Shown one piece after another: positions 28,353 through 36,620 of a stretch of 42,873 nucleotides of DNA (position 1 is the stretch's first letter; each line of letters starts with the position of its first letter). Both the position numbers and the translations under genes were made by a program. The notes beneath the pieces are model-generated. The model did not search any database, was not told the origin of the DNA, and saw only the letters and a program-made list of their open reading frames with translations. Source of the stretch: a virus (taxonomy: Duplodnaviria > Heunggongvirae > Uroviricota > Caudoviricetes); the IMG/VR virus record IMGVR_UViG_2897369580_000001; one strand, 5' to 3'.

Positions 28353-29276
28353 ATGAGATTAAAATACTCAGTACTCTTACTCGCCATTGCCCTTACAGGC
28401 TGTGATAACAAAAAAGATGAGATCGGTTGTTCTTCGGAAATAACCCAGTCAGCTCTCATGGATTTATTAAAAAAATCTGCTTATGAAGGACTCTCTGAAC
28501 AGGTCGATAAATACCCTGATGTCACTAATCAGACCAAACGAAGCACACTGGACAAGATCAAACTAGCCATCTCTGAGATCTCCACAACATCAAGTGACAC
28601 GGGCAGCACAATGAAAACTTGTGAAGGGACCGTGACGATGACTCTATCTGCGAACGAGTACGTCCAGCTTTCAGATGCTTACAGAAAGAATTTTAATCGT
28701 AATCTCGATAAGCAAATGGAAAGCCTGTTTTTGGAGAACAACGCAAACGCCTTTTCAAAACGTATCACCTACACCGTGCAGGCGACCGACGATCAGAAAA
28801 ACGTTTTTGTAAAAACCTCTACTGATAATCCGATATCAGTGGGCGCCGCTTTACTGACATCGCTTTCCATTATCACCCCGATCGTTGAGCAGCAGAAAAT
28901 CCAGCAGGCTAAGGATGCCCAACAGAGTCAAATTGAAGCGGAACAACAGGTGCAACTCAGGGCGCAAGAACAGGCTAAGTATGAGGCGGAGAAGCAAATA
29001 GAGAGACAGGCACAACTTCAGCCGCAAAAAGCTGACAACCTTGATCAGTCCCGAATGGCATTTGCGAATGCCGACTCTGATTTGAGTACCGTCTGGAGCA
29101 AGTTAACCCCGGCGAAGAAAAAAGATTTGCTGCCTTCTCAGCGTCAGTGGATCAAAACTAAGGATGCTATGTGCGGTAAAGTTTCAATGCAGGGAACAGA
29201 TGCTGAAGTCAAGAAAATGGTCGACTGCCAGACGCAAATGACCCTTTCAAGAATCGCTTTCCTCAGAAACCAATAA
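28353..29276 (+). CDS. Lipoprotein with C-terminal DUF1311 (LprI-like) domain
   Basis: 307 aa; signal peptide with lipobox LTGC; Gln-rich coiled-coil middle; C-terminal ...QRQWIKTKDAMCG...DCQTQMTLSRIAFLRN two-Cys motif. Confidence 0.6.
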   Translation: MRLKYSVLLLAIALTGCDNKKDEIGCSSEITQSALMDLLKKSAYEGLSEQVDKYPDVTNQTKRSTLDKIKLAISEISTTSSDTGSTMKTCEGTVTMTLSANEYVQLSDAYRKNFNRNLDKQMESLFLENNANAFSKRITYTVQATDDQKNVFVKTSTDNPISVGAALLTSLSIITPIVEQQKIQQAKDAQQSQIEAEQQVQLRAQEQAKYEAEKQIERQAQLQPQKADNLDQSRMAFANADSDLSTVWSKLTPAKKKDLLPSQRQWIKTKDAMCGKVSMQGTDAEVKKMVDCQTQMTLSRIAFLRNQ

Positions 29277-29291
29277 CTGAAGTCTCCTTCA

Positions 29292-29323
29292 AGCTGGCGC
29301 CAGGTGTTAACCTGGTGCCAGCT
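29292..29323 (+). terminator. Terminator-like hairpin after lipoprotein gene
   Basis: AGCTGGCGCCAGG-tgttaa-CCTGGTGCCAGCT, 13-bp stem with 1 mismatch. Confidence 0.45.
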
Positions 29324-29354
29324 TAGTCATCAAGTGCATATGTAACTGTTTTAT

Positions 29355-29426
29355 ATGGGCGGTACTTTGACAGAGGTATTCGGTCTCGTGCTGGTCGTGG
29401 TCAAATACCTTTTTAAGCGCAAATAG
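29355..29426 (+). repeat. Direct repeat copy 2 (orphan 3' gene end; 23-codon ORF)
   Basis: About 90% identical to 25933..26004; preceded by in-frame stop; encodes MGGTLTEVFGLVLVVVKYLFKRK*. Confidence 0.9.
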
Positions 29427-29450
29427 AGTATTTCCGCCCCAAACAACCTG

Positions 29451-30269
29451 TCAAAATGCTGAATTAGCAACGGATATAGCCGACTTTTTCCCCATTACCA
29501 TCAATTTATCCAGTGTCATACTTCGCAGATTGTCGCTGTGGATCACCAGATACCCTGCCCGCTCAGCGATCTCTTTGAAAGCGTCAAAGGTCATCAGATG
29601 TTCGCCTTTGGCAACATGGCGCATCCCGGTCACTTTTCCATTTTTGATAGTGGTGATAAAAGAAAAATCTGGAATGGTTGGGTGATTTTCATCGAGTAGC
29701 AGGCAGTGGATGTATTCAATCGCCTCTAACATTTGCGTCTGTGACAGTTGTTCTATGTGAGAGACGGCGAAGCGTTGATGAATCATGGTGTAGGCATCGG
29801 GATACATCATGCCTTTCTTGCCGACCAGTATATTAACGGCATCACGCAAGGGAGTACGGTCATCGGTAGTTGTACTCCGCCTCTCTGGACGCTGGCTAAA
29901 ATAACAATCTTCCAGCTTTTCGAAAACTTCCCAGGCCTGTTCTGTTTCCAGCATTTTGGCATGGCGAGCTGCGCCGCGTTCTGTCCAGAGAATGAGGGAT
30001 CGGGTATGTTTAGCAACTGACTGACTATCTGTCAGTCTGTTTTTGAAGTCGCGTAATTCATTACCTTCCAGCTTAAAAAAATGCTTTCCTACGACAAATC
30101 TGGCGATGTTGCGCTTGAAGTTTTGCTGGATACCATTTACTTCCGTGCCATACAAACTGGCAAGCAATTCAGTAGTGATGACGGGAAGTTGGTTATGATG
30201 TAGCGGAGAAAGGGATTCCGCAGATATTTGGACTGTCATCGCAGTGGCCTCACTTAGTGTTTTTTTCAT
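29451..30269 (-). CDS. Phage antirepressor-like protein (ORF6N/Ant N-terminal-like domain)
   Basis: 272 aa from ATG at 30269; N-terminal ...LPVITTELLASLYGTEVNGIQQNFKRNIARFVVGKHFFKL... resembles Ant/ORF6N regions. Confidence 0.55.
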   Translation of the reverse strand: MKKTLSEATAMTVQISAESLSPLHHNQLPVITTELLASLYGTEVNGIQQNFKRNIARFVVGKHFFKLEGNELRDFKNRLTDSQSVAKHTRSLILWTERGAARHAKMLETEQAWEVFEKLEDCYFSQRPERRSTTTDDRTPLRDAVNILVGKKGMMYPDAYTMIHQRFAVSHIEQLSQTQMLEAIEYIHCLLLDENHPTIPDFSFITTIKNGKVTGMRHVAKGEHLMTFDAFKEIAERAGYLVIHSDNLRSMTLDKLMVMGKKSAISVANSAF

Positions 30270-30301
30270 CACCACCAGCGACGCCAATCATCTGGTGGTG
30301 A
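30269..30301. promoter_or_regulatory. 10-bp inverted repeat abutting antirepressor start codon
   Basis: TCACCACCAG-N13-CTGGTGGTGA; 3' arm contains the probable RBS. Confidence 0.4.
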
Positions 30302-30511
30302 GCTGTGCAGGGTTGGCGTAACCGGCTAAGTGAACCCGGCGCTTCCACAGAAGCCCCCACACAGCCCACCATAATGCGAATGTGGCCGTGCCTAACACAT
30401 AAAAAAACCGCTAACGCGGCTATGCGTCACTTAGATATCCGGGACGCCAATCCCGGCAACCGATTTTGCGGCTGCGCGGAAACTATAGCCCCGGACTTTT
30501 TCTAAGTCAAT

Positions 30512-30733
30512 TCAATCAACTTCAAACCTCCGGTGTTCACATTCCATACACTCAACGGGAACATCATCGCGATGCAAGTCCACATATCCGACCCGCTTAT
30601 ACAACTCAATAATGTCCGGTAACGTGACCAGATGTTTTTCCGGTTCCAACACCTCAGCCCGGGTTACTTTGTAATCTGAAATATAGAGCACTATCCGCCC
30701 GTTCCGTGGTAACTCCAGTTTATCGCCAAACAT
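30512..30733 (-). CDS. Hypothetical small protein
   Basis: 73-aa ORF co-oriented with early-right operon. Confidence 0.35.
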   Translation of the reverse strand: MFGDKLELPRNGRIVLYISDYKVTRAEVLEPEKHLVTLPDIIELYKRVGYVDLHRDDVPVECMECEHRRFEVD

Positions 30734-30920
30734 GTCCTTTCCCTCCGGGAAACCAATGATATTGACGATATTACACCCACAACGATTCGTTTTACGTCAC
30801 TCCGCAATCACCATACATCCGTACCAATCCGTACATTCCCACCACAAAAACGATATTTGACAGGCACTGGTAATAGATTTTTAACGCGTGCTATTGCCTT
30901 GCGACGTATTTTCAATTCAC

Positions 30921-31145
30921 TCATACAGCCTCCCTGCTCTCAAACGGACGAATATTGGTTGGTTCTCCACACGGAATAGCCCAACCCAGCCAGGTAAATA
31001 TTTTCAGGTCACACATCGCGTCATACCGTTCGCCAGGATTCACATCCACCATGCTGCAGGCAATTTCATATTGTTCACCATTATCAGTCAGTGCGATCTG
31101 GTCATTAATAAACCGGGGCACAAATGCAAGAAAAAGTTCTTTCAT
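30921..31145 (-). CDS. Hypothetical small protein
   Basis: 74-aa ORF; stop overlaps start of upstream gene. Confidence 0.35.
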   Translation of the reverse strand: MKELFLAFVPRFINDQIALTDNGEQYEIACSMVDVNPGERYDAMCDLKIFTWLGWAIPCGEPTNIRPFESREAV

Positions 31146-31453
31146 GAAATTCTCCGCTCAAAATAAACAAACTGATTCACCGCTCCGATCGGCATTTCGA
31201 GTTTTTCTGCGATATCCTGGCGATTAATACCCGACTGATGTAATTCCCTTGCCAGCTCGATATCTTCCTGGAGGTATTTCACTGACTGGTGATAATTACC
31301 CCGCAGATACATACAGATTTTCAGCTCGCGCGCTTTTGTGCGTACCGCTGCACCGGTTCTGCCAATAAGCTGCCCTATACGTTCAACTGTCATGCTGCCC
31401 GCACATTGTTTGATGATTACGACTTCCGCACGCACCCACCGTTTGTATTTCAT
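31142..31453 (-). CDS. Putative DNA-binding protein (HTH-like)
   Basis: 103 aa; HTH-like segment INRQDIAEKLEMPIGAV; overlapping stop/start with neighbours. Confidence 0.4.
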   Translation of the reverse strand: MKYKRWVRAEVVIIKQCAGSMTVERIGQLIGRTGAAVRTKARELKICMYLRGNYHQSVKYLQEDIELARELHQSGINRQDIAEKLEMPIGAVNQFVYFERRIS

Positions 31454-31686
31454 TGTTCCATCACCCCTCTCCAGTAGTTCAGACGCTCTCTGAAAAATTC
31501 CCGGTACGTATCTGGCGTCATTCCGATTTGCTCAATCACGCTTCCCCTCGGAATACGTTTCTCAAAGAGTTGGCGGATCAGCGCCGCCGCTCGCATGTCG
31601 TAGTGCTCTTTAAGCTGGTATTCCTGGGGCCATTTGGCGCGGTTGTGTGGTAAGCCGGGCGGCAGGTAATCTGATTGCCCGGCCAT
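31450..31686 (-). CDS. Hypothetical protein
   Basis: 78-aa ORF translationally coupled to neighbours. Confidence 0.4.
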   Translation of the reverse strand: MAGQSDYLPPGLPHNRAKWPQEYQLKEHYDMRAAALIRQLFEKRIPRGSVIEQIGMTPDTYREFFRERLNYWRGVMEQ

Positions 31687-31687
31687 A

Positions 31688-32098
31688 TCACGCCCCTTTC
31701 TTTGCTATCGGAGTGATGGAACTCAGCAGCAGGCGGCAGCGACCAGGCGCGCCAATGCGCTGCCCGGTTATCTTGTCGTAAGTTTCATGCGGTGAGGCAC
31801 ACCAGGTTGTCGCTGTTTCGTGGAGTTTCACTTGCCGCTCACCATTTCTGCGAATCGCGATCCCGGTGTGCGTTTTGCCCTTACGTTTCACTGCTGGCGC
31901 TGCGGCTACGGATGCCTGACGGGCAGGCTTAGCAGGGGTTGAAAAATTGCCTGCTTTAGGTCTTGGCACAAAAACCGCGCGAGTGCGCGCACGTGGCCCG
32001 ACGTTCATATTCCACAAAATGACGTCGAGATAGTTTTTACCGTCGTCTATGTGTCCTTTGTCCGACGGGTACTCTAATTTGCCTGGAGTGGTGGTCAT
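31688..32098 (-). CDS. Hypothetical protein (nin-like region)
   Basis: 136-aa ORF downstream of helicase gene. Confidence 0.4.
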   Translation of the reverse strand: MTTTPGKLEYPSDKGHIDDGKNYLDVILWNMNVGPRARTRAVFVPRPKAGNFSTPAKPARQASVAAAPAVKRKGKTHTGIAIRRNGERQVKLHETATTWCASPHETYDKITGQRIGAPGRCRLLLSSITPIAKKGA

Positions 32099-32136
32099 TG
32101 GTCTTTCCTCGGTTATTTCACGCTGGTCAGGCGTGG

Positions 32137-33552
32137 TTAAAATTCATTTGTGCGAGAATTATCGCTACGGGAATAACGTTTATTTTTTTCTGAGCGGTCG
32201 TTGGTAAGGCGATAAACCTCCTCATCGCTGATATCAATAACTGAGCCATTTTTCATCAGGGCATAGGCTGTTCCCGATGGTCCTTCGCGGTTCAGACGTA
32301 GCAACATTTCCATGAGATTTGGGTCGGCATTTTCGTTATAAACAGCATCACGATAGAGGCCAATCCAGACATCGCAATCTTGTTCGATCTGCCCGGTATC
32401 TTTACTGTCGCTCGGGTTAGGCCGCTTATCGGCACGTTCTTCAAGCTTTCGGTTGAGTTGCGTCAGCAGGACCACAACACAATCCAGCTCTTTTGCCAGG
32501 TTCTTCAAACCGGTTGTGATATCGCCATACGCAATATCCCTACGCTCTGCCGATTCGGTCTTCATCAGCGTCAAATAGTCAATTGCCACCAGGCCAACCG
32601 AGCCACGCATCCGTTTAACTTTTCGACATTCAGCGACAATATGCGCAAGGGTTACACCTGCCGTGCTGTCAATCATCATGTTGGATTCGGCAATCTCCCC
32701 CGCCTTTGCTATTGCGAGACTCAATTCAGATTCATCGTTAGGGCCAAGATAAAAAATCTCCGAATTGACCTTTGCTTCCTGCGCAACCATGCGTTCAATG
32801 AGACTTCTGTCAGTCATTTCCAGGCTAAATACCAGCGTCGGCAAACGATGATTCAGAGCAAAATGCACCGCAATTTTATTAAACGCGGCTGTCTTGCCCA
32901 TTTTTGGCCGGGCACCAATAACGACCAATGAACCTCTTAACGCCTGCTTTGGTGCCATTAAGCGATCAAGGCTTTCGATTCCGAGCGTTAGTCCGGCTGC
33001 ATGTGCTGGATCATTGAAACGGCGCTCAAGGTCATCTATCCAGTCATCGACGACTTCACTTGCCGGACGCAAACCGCCCTTATGCCCGGTACGGGAATGT
33101 TCGGCCACCTGCCCAATCACTTGCTGAACGGCGGTGATCCTGTCAGTAGCAGTCATATCTGCAGGCTGGATCATAATCTCCAGACAAGAATTCAACTTTT
33201 CCACGGCATAACGAAGAATGGCTTTTTCACGTACAATTTTCGCGTAGTTGACCATTGAGGCCGGAATCGCCGCCTTACTCATTTCAGCCAGGTATGCGAA
33301 TCCCCCCACGCGCTCATACAGCCCCTTCGATTCCATCAGTTCGGTCAGTGTTATCAGGTCAGTTGGTTTATCAGCTTGAAATAATCCTTTGATCTCCCGG
33401 TAGATAACCTGATGCGCATTGATATAAAACGTTTCCGGTTTCAGTAACGCAAATACCGCATTGGTTCTGTCGTGGTCGGTATTCAGCATCAGACAGCCCA
33501 GAACAGCCTGTTCTGCGTCAACGCTGTACAGTGCAATCGCGTTATTTATCAT
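32137..33552 (-). CDS. Replicative DNA helicase (DnaB family)
   Basis: About 471 aa from ATG at 33552; Walker A GARPKMGKT; DnaB-like N- and C-terminal domains. Confidence 0.9.
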   Translation of the reverse strand: MINNAIALYSVDAEQAVLGCLMLNTDHDRTNAVFALLKPETFYINAHQVIYREIKGLFQADKPTDLITLTELMESKGLYERVGGFAYLAEMSKAAIPASMVNYAKIVREKAILRYAVEKLNSCLEIMIQPADMTATDRITAVQQVIGQVAEHSRTGHKGGLRPASEVVDDWIDDLERRFNDPAHAAGLTLGIESLDRLMAPKQALRGSLVVIGARPKMGKTAAFNKIAVHFALNHRLPTLVFSLEMTDRSLIERMVAQEAKVNSEIFYLGPNDESELSLAIAKAGEIAESNMMIDSTAGVTLAHIVAECRKVKRMRGSVGLVAIDYLTLMKTESAERRDIAYGDITTGLKNLAKELDCVVVLLTQLNRKLEERADKRPNPSDSKDTGQIEQDCDVWIGLYRDAVYNENADPNLMEMLLRLNREGPSGTAYALMKNGSVIDISDEEVYRLTNDRSEKNKRYSRSDNSRTNEF

Positions 33553-34297
33553 TTGCGCGTTCTTCCTTGACCGAAACATAGCAGCGTTCGGTAATCAGAT
33601 AATCAAGATTTTTACGCCGCCAGAATCCTCCCCTGCCATTTGGCCTGTCCTCCAGCATCCAGCGACAATTGCCACCGATAAATTCCAGATAGGCCCGCCA
33701 ACGGGACTCATTGAAATTGAATTTTTTCCAGAAAGTGCGAAGGTGTTTTTTTCTGCCGTCAGTGAGGATTTTCACTGGTGGCATCTCTGGCAAAATCTCG
33801 TGATAGGTATCGAGTATCACCTGATAATTTATTCTCTGGTCGGCAGGTTGTTGGGTGTCGGCGTCAGCCGATTCACCATCAGTAATAATCTCTGTAGTAT
33901 TCTCTGTAAGAATGTTTGTTGGTTTTCCACGTACAGGCCTGGTGGTTTTCCCCTCACCTGTATGTGGTTTTTCCGCATCCTTGTATGCGGACGTAAGTAG
34001 CTGGCACAACACATCATTATCGATTTTGTAGTACAGCCTGGCAGGCAAGCCCTGTTTACGTTCCAGCAAGACGCCGAGACCACGTAGTTTTTTGCGCGCG
34101 CCCTCCTGCTCGTATCGTGAAAGCCCTGTTTCCTCTTCCCACTCATCCTGGGTTTTATATACCCAGCCGTCGTCAGTTGTTCTGTTTGTCCAGTACGTCA
34201 ACTGCGACAGAAACAATGCGGCAGTCACGCCCATTTCAAGACGGATAAAACTTCTCTGGAAGGCTATGGGTCTATCAAGTAACGGGAGGATGTTCAT
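33542..34297 (-). CDS. Phage replication initiation protein (replisome organiser, lambda O-like role)
   Basis: 251 aa immediately upstream of helicase gene; N-terminal winged-helix-like region. Confidence 0.55.
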   Translation of the reverse strand: MNILPLLDRPIAFQRSFIRLEMGVTAALFLSQLTYWTNRTTDDGWVYKTQDEWEEETGLSRYEQEGARKKLRGLGVLLERKQGLPARLYYKIDNDVLCQLLTSAYKDAEKPHTGEGKTTRPVRGKPTNILTENTTEIITDGESADADTQQPADQRINYQVILDTYHEILPEMPPVKILTDGRKKHLRTFWKKFNFNESRWRAYLEFIGGNCRWMLEDRPNGRGGFWRRKNLDYLITERCYVSVKEERANDK

Positions 34298-34518
34298 ATG
34301 CCCAAAGCCTCTGAGAGAACGCGACAGCCAGCCTCATAGGCAGCGCCAGAGAGATTTTGCTCACGCAGTTTCGCTTTTTCTTCTTCGTACTTTTCCCATA
34401 CAGAACGTGCAGCTGCGACGCGGCCATCGAATATGGGGCGGATCTCTGCAACATGTGCCGGGCGTCCATTCAGGTGCCAGCCGTTACGCCAGGTAATGCG
34501 GTCAATATGTCTTAACAT
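34294..34518 (-). CDS. Hypothetical protein
   Basis: 74-aa ORF between YdaT-like and replication genes. Confidence 0.35.
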   Translation of the reverse strand: MLRHIDRITWRNGWHLNGRPAHVAEIRPIFDGRVAAARSVWEKYEEEKAKLREQNLSGAAYEAGCRVLSEALGI

Positions 34519-34557
34519 CGGTCTTTCCTCGGTATAAGTTAAACGCTGGTCAGGCGC

Positions 34558-35034
34558 TCATGCATGGTGGTCTTGCGCAGTGCGTATCACTGCTCCTCGC
34601 GTCGCTACCAGCGCCGCTATTGCTTCGTCAATTTCCTGAATAGTTAACTCTGGCGCGAAGTGGAGATGTACAGCGTTAATCGCTTCCACCCCTTCTTTTG
34701 CCGCCAGCGTTGCCAGCAAAACGGGATCGCCCGGCGACTCCAGACGTGCCCGCCGTTCTGCGGGTAGCACGGCTTTCATCACACTGGCCAGCACCTGAGT
34801 TTTTCGGCGCGCCGCCGTTGTCTCGCCACGTAACCAGCGAAAGATTTTCTGCCGATTGTTGTTGATGGCTCTCCAGTCCACGTTGCCGTCCGCGTCCTCA
34901 AATTCATGTAGTCTCAACTCATCATTGCGTCCCTGACTGAACCAGGCCCGGCAGATTTCAATCGTGACGAGTTCCTGCCCTGCCCTTGCCGCCCAGGTCA
35001 AAATCTCTTTTTGTAATTCCTCTTGGTTTTCCAT
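34558..35034 (-). CDS. YdaT-like protein (putative CII-like regulator)
   Basis: 158 aa; ...QKIFRWLRGETTAARRKTQVLASVMKAVLPAERRARL... resembles Rac YdaT; directly downstream of Cro-like gene. Confidence 0.55.
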   Translation of the reverse strand: MENQEELQKEILTWAARAGQELVTIEICRAWFSQGRNDELRLHEFEDADGNVDWRAINNNRQKIFRWLRGETTAARRKTQVLASVMKAVLPAERRARLESPGDPVLLATLAAKEGVEAINAVHLHFAPELTIQEIDEAIAALVATRGAVIRTAQDHHA

Positions 35035-35092
35035 AGCGTCTCCTGTCGCTAAAAATTGATTACGCTTAATCAGATTTGGGGCTCACCAACAG

Positions 35093-35323
35093 TTAAGCTG
35101 CTTCCGTTTTAGGCAAGCTGTCATCTGGGTTTGGGTAAAGATCCGGTCTAAGATCATGAGGGGTCACGCGCCATTCAAGAGCTTCAGATGTGCGCAAAAC
35201 CTCTTCACCGGGAACCCGTCCTTTGAACCAGAGGCTTACCGTTTGTGGTTTTTTCCCTAATCGCCGCCCTAACTCGGATTGACTCATTACGGAAAGAATT
35301 TTGTCTTGCAGTTGTTTATCCAT
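35093..35323 (-). CDS. Cro/DicC/YdaS-like HTH regulator
   Basis: 76 aa from ATG at 35323 with AAGGAG RBS; HTH SQSELGRRLGKKPQTVSLWFKGRVPGEE; divergent from repressor gene. Confidence 0.65.
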   Translation of the reverse strand: MDKQLQDKILSVMSQSELGRRLGKKPQTVSLWFKGRVPGEEVLRTSEALEWRVTPHDLRPDLYPNPDDSLPKTEAA

Positions 35324-35348
35324 ATGGACTCCTTGTGTCCGCGTCATC

Positions 35349-35388
35349 ATTACAAACAATAACTGTAATTACAAATTATATTTGCAAT
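35349..35388. promoter_or_regulatory. Operator cluster in divergent immunity promoter region
   Basis: ATTACA-N9-TGTAAT (35349..35369) overlapping ATTACAAAT-N3-ATTTGCAAT (35368..35388). Confidence 0.5.
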
Positions 35389-35421
35389 GCTCCCTACAAT
35401 TAAACCTTGTATCCTTACGGT

Positions 35422-35835
35422 ATGAACACAAAAACGAAAAACATGGCTTTTGCTAGCCGACTACAACGGATTCTAAAAGACTTAGGCTGGTCTCAATCTG
35501 AGTTAGCTCGCCATATTGGGGTTACGGCTCAATCAGTTCAGGCATGGTGTAATGGGGTAACTCCAAGAAAAGATAAATTAGACAAGCTAGCAAAAGTGAC
35601 CGGATACCCTGTTCATTTTTTCTTCATGAATGAAGGGGAATATTTGGATGAATCCACACTACACCCGGGTAATTACAATCAAGAACTAACCCCGCAAGAA
35701 CAGGCTCTACTGCAACTATTCAGAGGACTGCCTGAGAGCGAAAAAAATAAATTAATCAATGAGCTAAAAGAAAAAAGAGAGCACTTCGATCTACTGCTAA
35801 AAGAACTACTTGAAGCCAAAAACCAGACAAAATAG
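35422..35835 (+). CDS. Prophage repressor, DicA-like (N-terminal XRE HTH, no S24 peptidase domain)
   Basis: N-terminal HTH SQSELARHIGVTAQSVQAWCNG; C-terminal ...LTPQEQALLQLFRGLPESEKNKL...LLKELLEAKNQTK resembles DicA C-terminus. Confidence 0.7.
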   Translation: MNTKTKNMAFASRLQRILKDLGWSQSELARHIGVTAQSVQAWCNGVTPRKDKLDKLAKVTGYPVHFFFMNEGEYLDESTLHPGNYNQELTPQEQALLQLFRGLPESEKNKLINELKEKREHFDLLLKELLEAKNQTK

Positions 35836-35953
35836 TTCAGTTCAAATTTCCAGGCCAGCCGCTGCTGGCATGCAACTTTCCCCTAACACAAAAACACCTT
35901 TACACAGTGAATATTTTTTTGCCCCTCACTACAAATTATTTTTTAAAAACACA

Positions 35954-35982
35954 TTGACCATTACAAATACAAATTGTAAAGT
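35954..35982 (+). promoter_or_regulatory. Early-left promoter candidate with operator-like palindrome
   Basis: -35 TTGACC (35954), 17-nt spacer holding TTACAAAT-ACA-AATTGTAA, -10 TAAAGT (35977). Confidence 0.4.
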
Positions 35983-36318
35983 CACTTTCATCAACAACGC
36001 TTACCCAGCGGCAGTTGTTCAGAAACACGTTCTGACAGCCGGAAAGACGGCACCAAATTTTGCGCGTCGGCGCCAACACGGTGACAGAGGGAAAGACTTC
36101 ACCGGCATATGGCACATGTGTCGAAGCGGTCTGGATGGAAGCGGAGCCTTAACGCGTTGTCTCCATAGCAGGTAGCCGGAATGTGCAAGCCACAGCCAGG
36201 TATGAGCGATTGATTCACCATCAAGGCGATACGGTGTGACCACCAGGGAAGAGTCCTGGCTACAACACGAGAGCGCACTTCATCGACTCAACTTTGAGCT
36301 TTGTCGTTAAATTTTGAA

Positions 36319-36404
36319 ATGGCGGAGTGCGCTCCCGGTTGTGGTGAACAGGTGTTTAACGGGAACTCCCTGCCCGTTACCCGGTTCGATTCCGGGCGCC
36401 CATC
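36319..36404 (+). other. tRNA-like element (T-arm signature; unverified)
   Basis: CCCGG-TTCGATT-CCGGG (36380..36396) is a canonical T-stem/loop; acceptor pairing imperfect. Confidence 0.2.
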
Positions 36405-36519
36405 ATCAATTTGCTGTGTTTAGTCTTTGCCCAGTCCGCACGATGGGCCATTTTTTCACACAGCCAGGTTTTATCGCTGTGCCTGAGTCCCCAACAGGAG
36501 AGGCCAAACCCGCAGCGTG

Positions 36520-36620
36520 ACACCAGGGAAAGACCGGAGGAAGTACCACGCCTGACCAGCGTTGACCATGAGCCTGACCAGCTCAAAACAGGAAAGACCA
36601 GCCCGGGCCTGACCAGCCCT
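36520..36620. repeat. Short direct-repeat array (CCTGACCAGC x3; GGAAAGACC-like x2)
   Basis: GACC cores at 36532, 36554, 36564, 36576, 36596, 36611; more copies downstream. Confidence 0.5.

Noticed and set aside
32380-33258. Plus-strand ORFs antisense to the DnaB-like helicase gene
   Set aside because: Overlap a confidently identified helicase; no independent support
35422-35835. LexA-like autocleaving (S24 peptidase) repressor
   Set aside because: Protein is only about 138 aa and its C-terminus resembles the DicA dimerisation region; no Ala-Gly/Ser-Lys cleavage architecture is evident
36520-36620. Possible CRISPR array suggested by short direct repeats
   Set aside because: Repeat units are only 8-10 bp with irregular spacing and no regular spacers; no cas genes in the window
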